A DNA stretch of 64,000 bases from Ophelia neglecta. Taxonomy: Eukaryota. Positions within the stretch are counted from its first letter, which is position 1. Every line of letters starts with the position of its first letter. A program made the translations under genes and the position numbers. Below, one piece after another: positions 63,608 through 64,000 of the stretch. The stretch covers positions 36,084,001 to 36,148,000 of the forward strand of contig OZ260665.1 of assembly GCA_965285935.1 (NCBI GenBank), in the 5' to 3' direction. The notes under the pieces were generated by a model. That model was not told where the DNA came from. It ran no database searches and worked only from the letters and a program-made list of their open reading frames with translations.

Positions 63608-63776
63608 CGAAAGGGTGAAAGGGCGTTTTTTGCATAATTAATAATCAAAATATATTGAAATATTTGTAGATTTGAAAATCGTAAACAATGAATCAAAAGA
63701 AAGGGTAATAAGGTGTTTTAGTTGCATAATTAATATTCAAAACATATTGAAATATTTGTCGATTTGAAAATCGTAA
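63608..63776. repeat. Two-copy direct repeat, period about 92 bp, in CaM-like gene 2 intron 1
   Basis: TTGCATAATTAATA.TCAAAA.ATATTGAAATATTTGT.GATTTGAAAATCGTAA at about 63630 and 63722. Confidence 0.85.
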
Positions 63777-63921
63777 TTTGCGTCAAGCTTTCTTGGAGAG
63801 CATTTTGTGATTACCAATTTATAAGCCCAGCTCTCCAAAGATAAAGGGGTGAAAACGAATACTTACAAATGAATTACCAGGTTTGGATCATTTTTTTAAA
63901 AGAGTTGTTTTACAATAACAG

Positions 63922-63958
63922 GGTGACACCATAGAGCTGACGGAGGAGCAGATCAACG
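63922..63958 (+). CDS. Calmodulin-like gene 2 exon 2 (M-GDTIELTEEQIN-E...); gene runs off the window
   Basis: Acceptor ttttacaataacag; 37 nt; LTEEQI motif; phase 1 donor G|GTAAAA at the same position as CaM intron 2. Confidence 0.8.
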
Positions 63959-64000
63959 GTAAAAATACTTGTATAATTGTTTATTTTTCAAAATGACCAT

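Overview
Eukaryotic, AT-rich, intron-containing animal DNA; the repeat types suggest a marine invertebrate. No prokaryotic systems, CRISPR arrays, rRNA or tRNA genes were found. Left part: two tandem + strand paralogous class A (rhodopsin-like) neuropeptide-type GPCR genes. GPCR1 spans 685-6834 (7 coding exons, one of them tentative) and GPCR2 spans about 10137-15440 (7 coding exons). Tail-to-tail with GPCR2 on the - strand is a divergent calmodulin paralogue: coding exons 2-6 at 28983-16731, about 90% identical to canonical invertebrate CaM, with its ATG exon not firmly placed. At the far right edge a second calmodulin-like gene starts on the + strand (ATG exon ending at 63413, exon 2 at 63922-63958), so the two calmodulin-like genes are head-to-head about 30-35 kb apart. 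Introns and the intergenic gap hold three minisatellites (38 bp with higher-order structure, 24/26 bp, 36 bp), a UGUA-type microsatellite, MITE-like elements and several decayed LINE relics. Penelope-like and tyrosine-recombinase relics are also possible. All gene models were assembled by eye from GT-AG signals, reading-frame phase and protein motifs; none has been checked against transcripts or databases.
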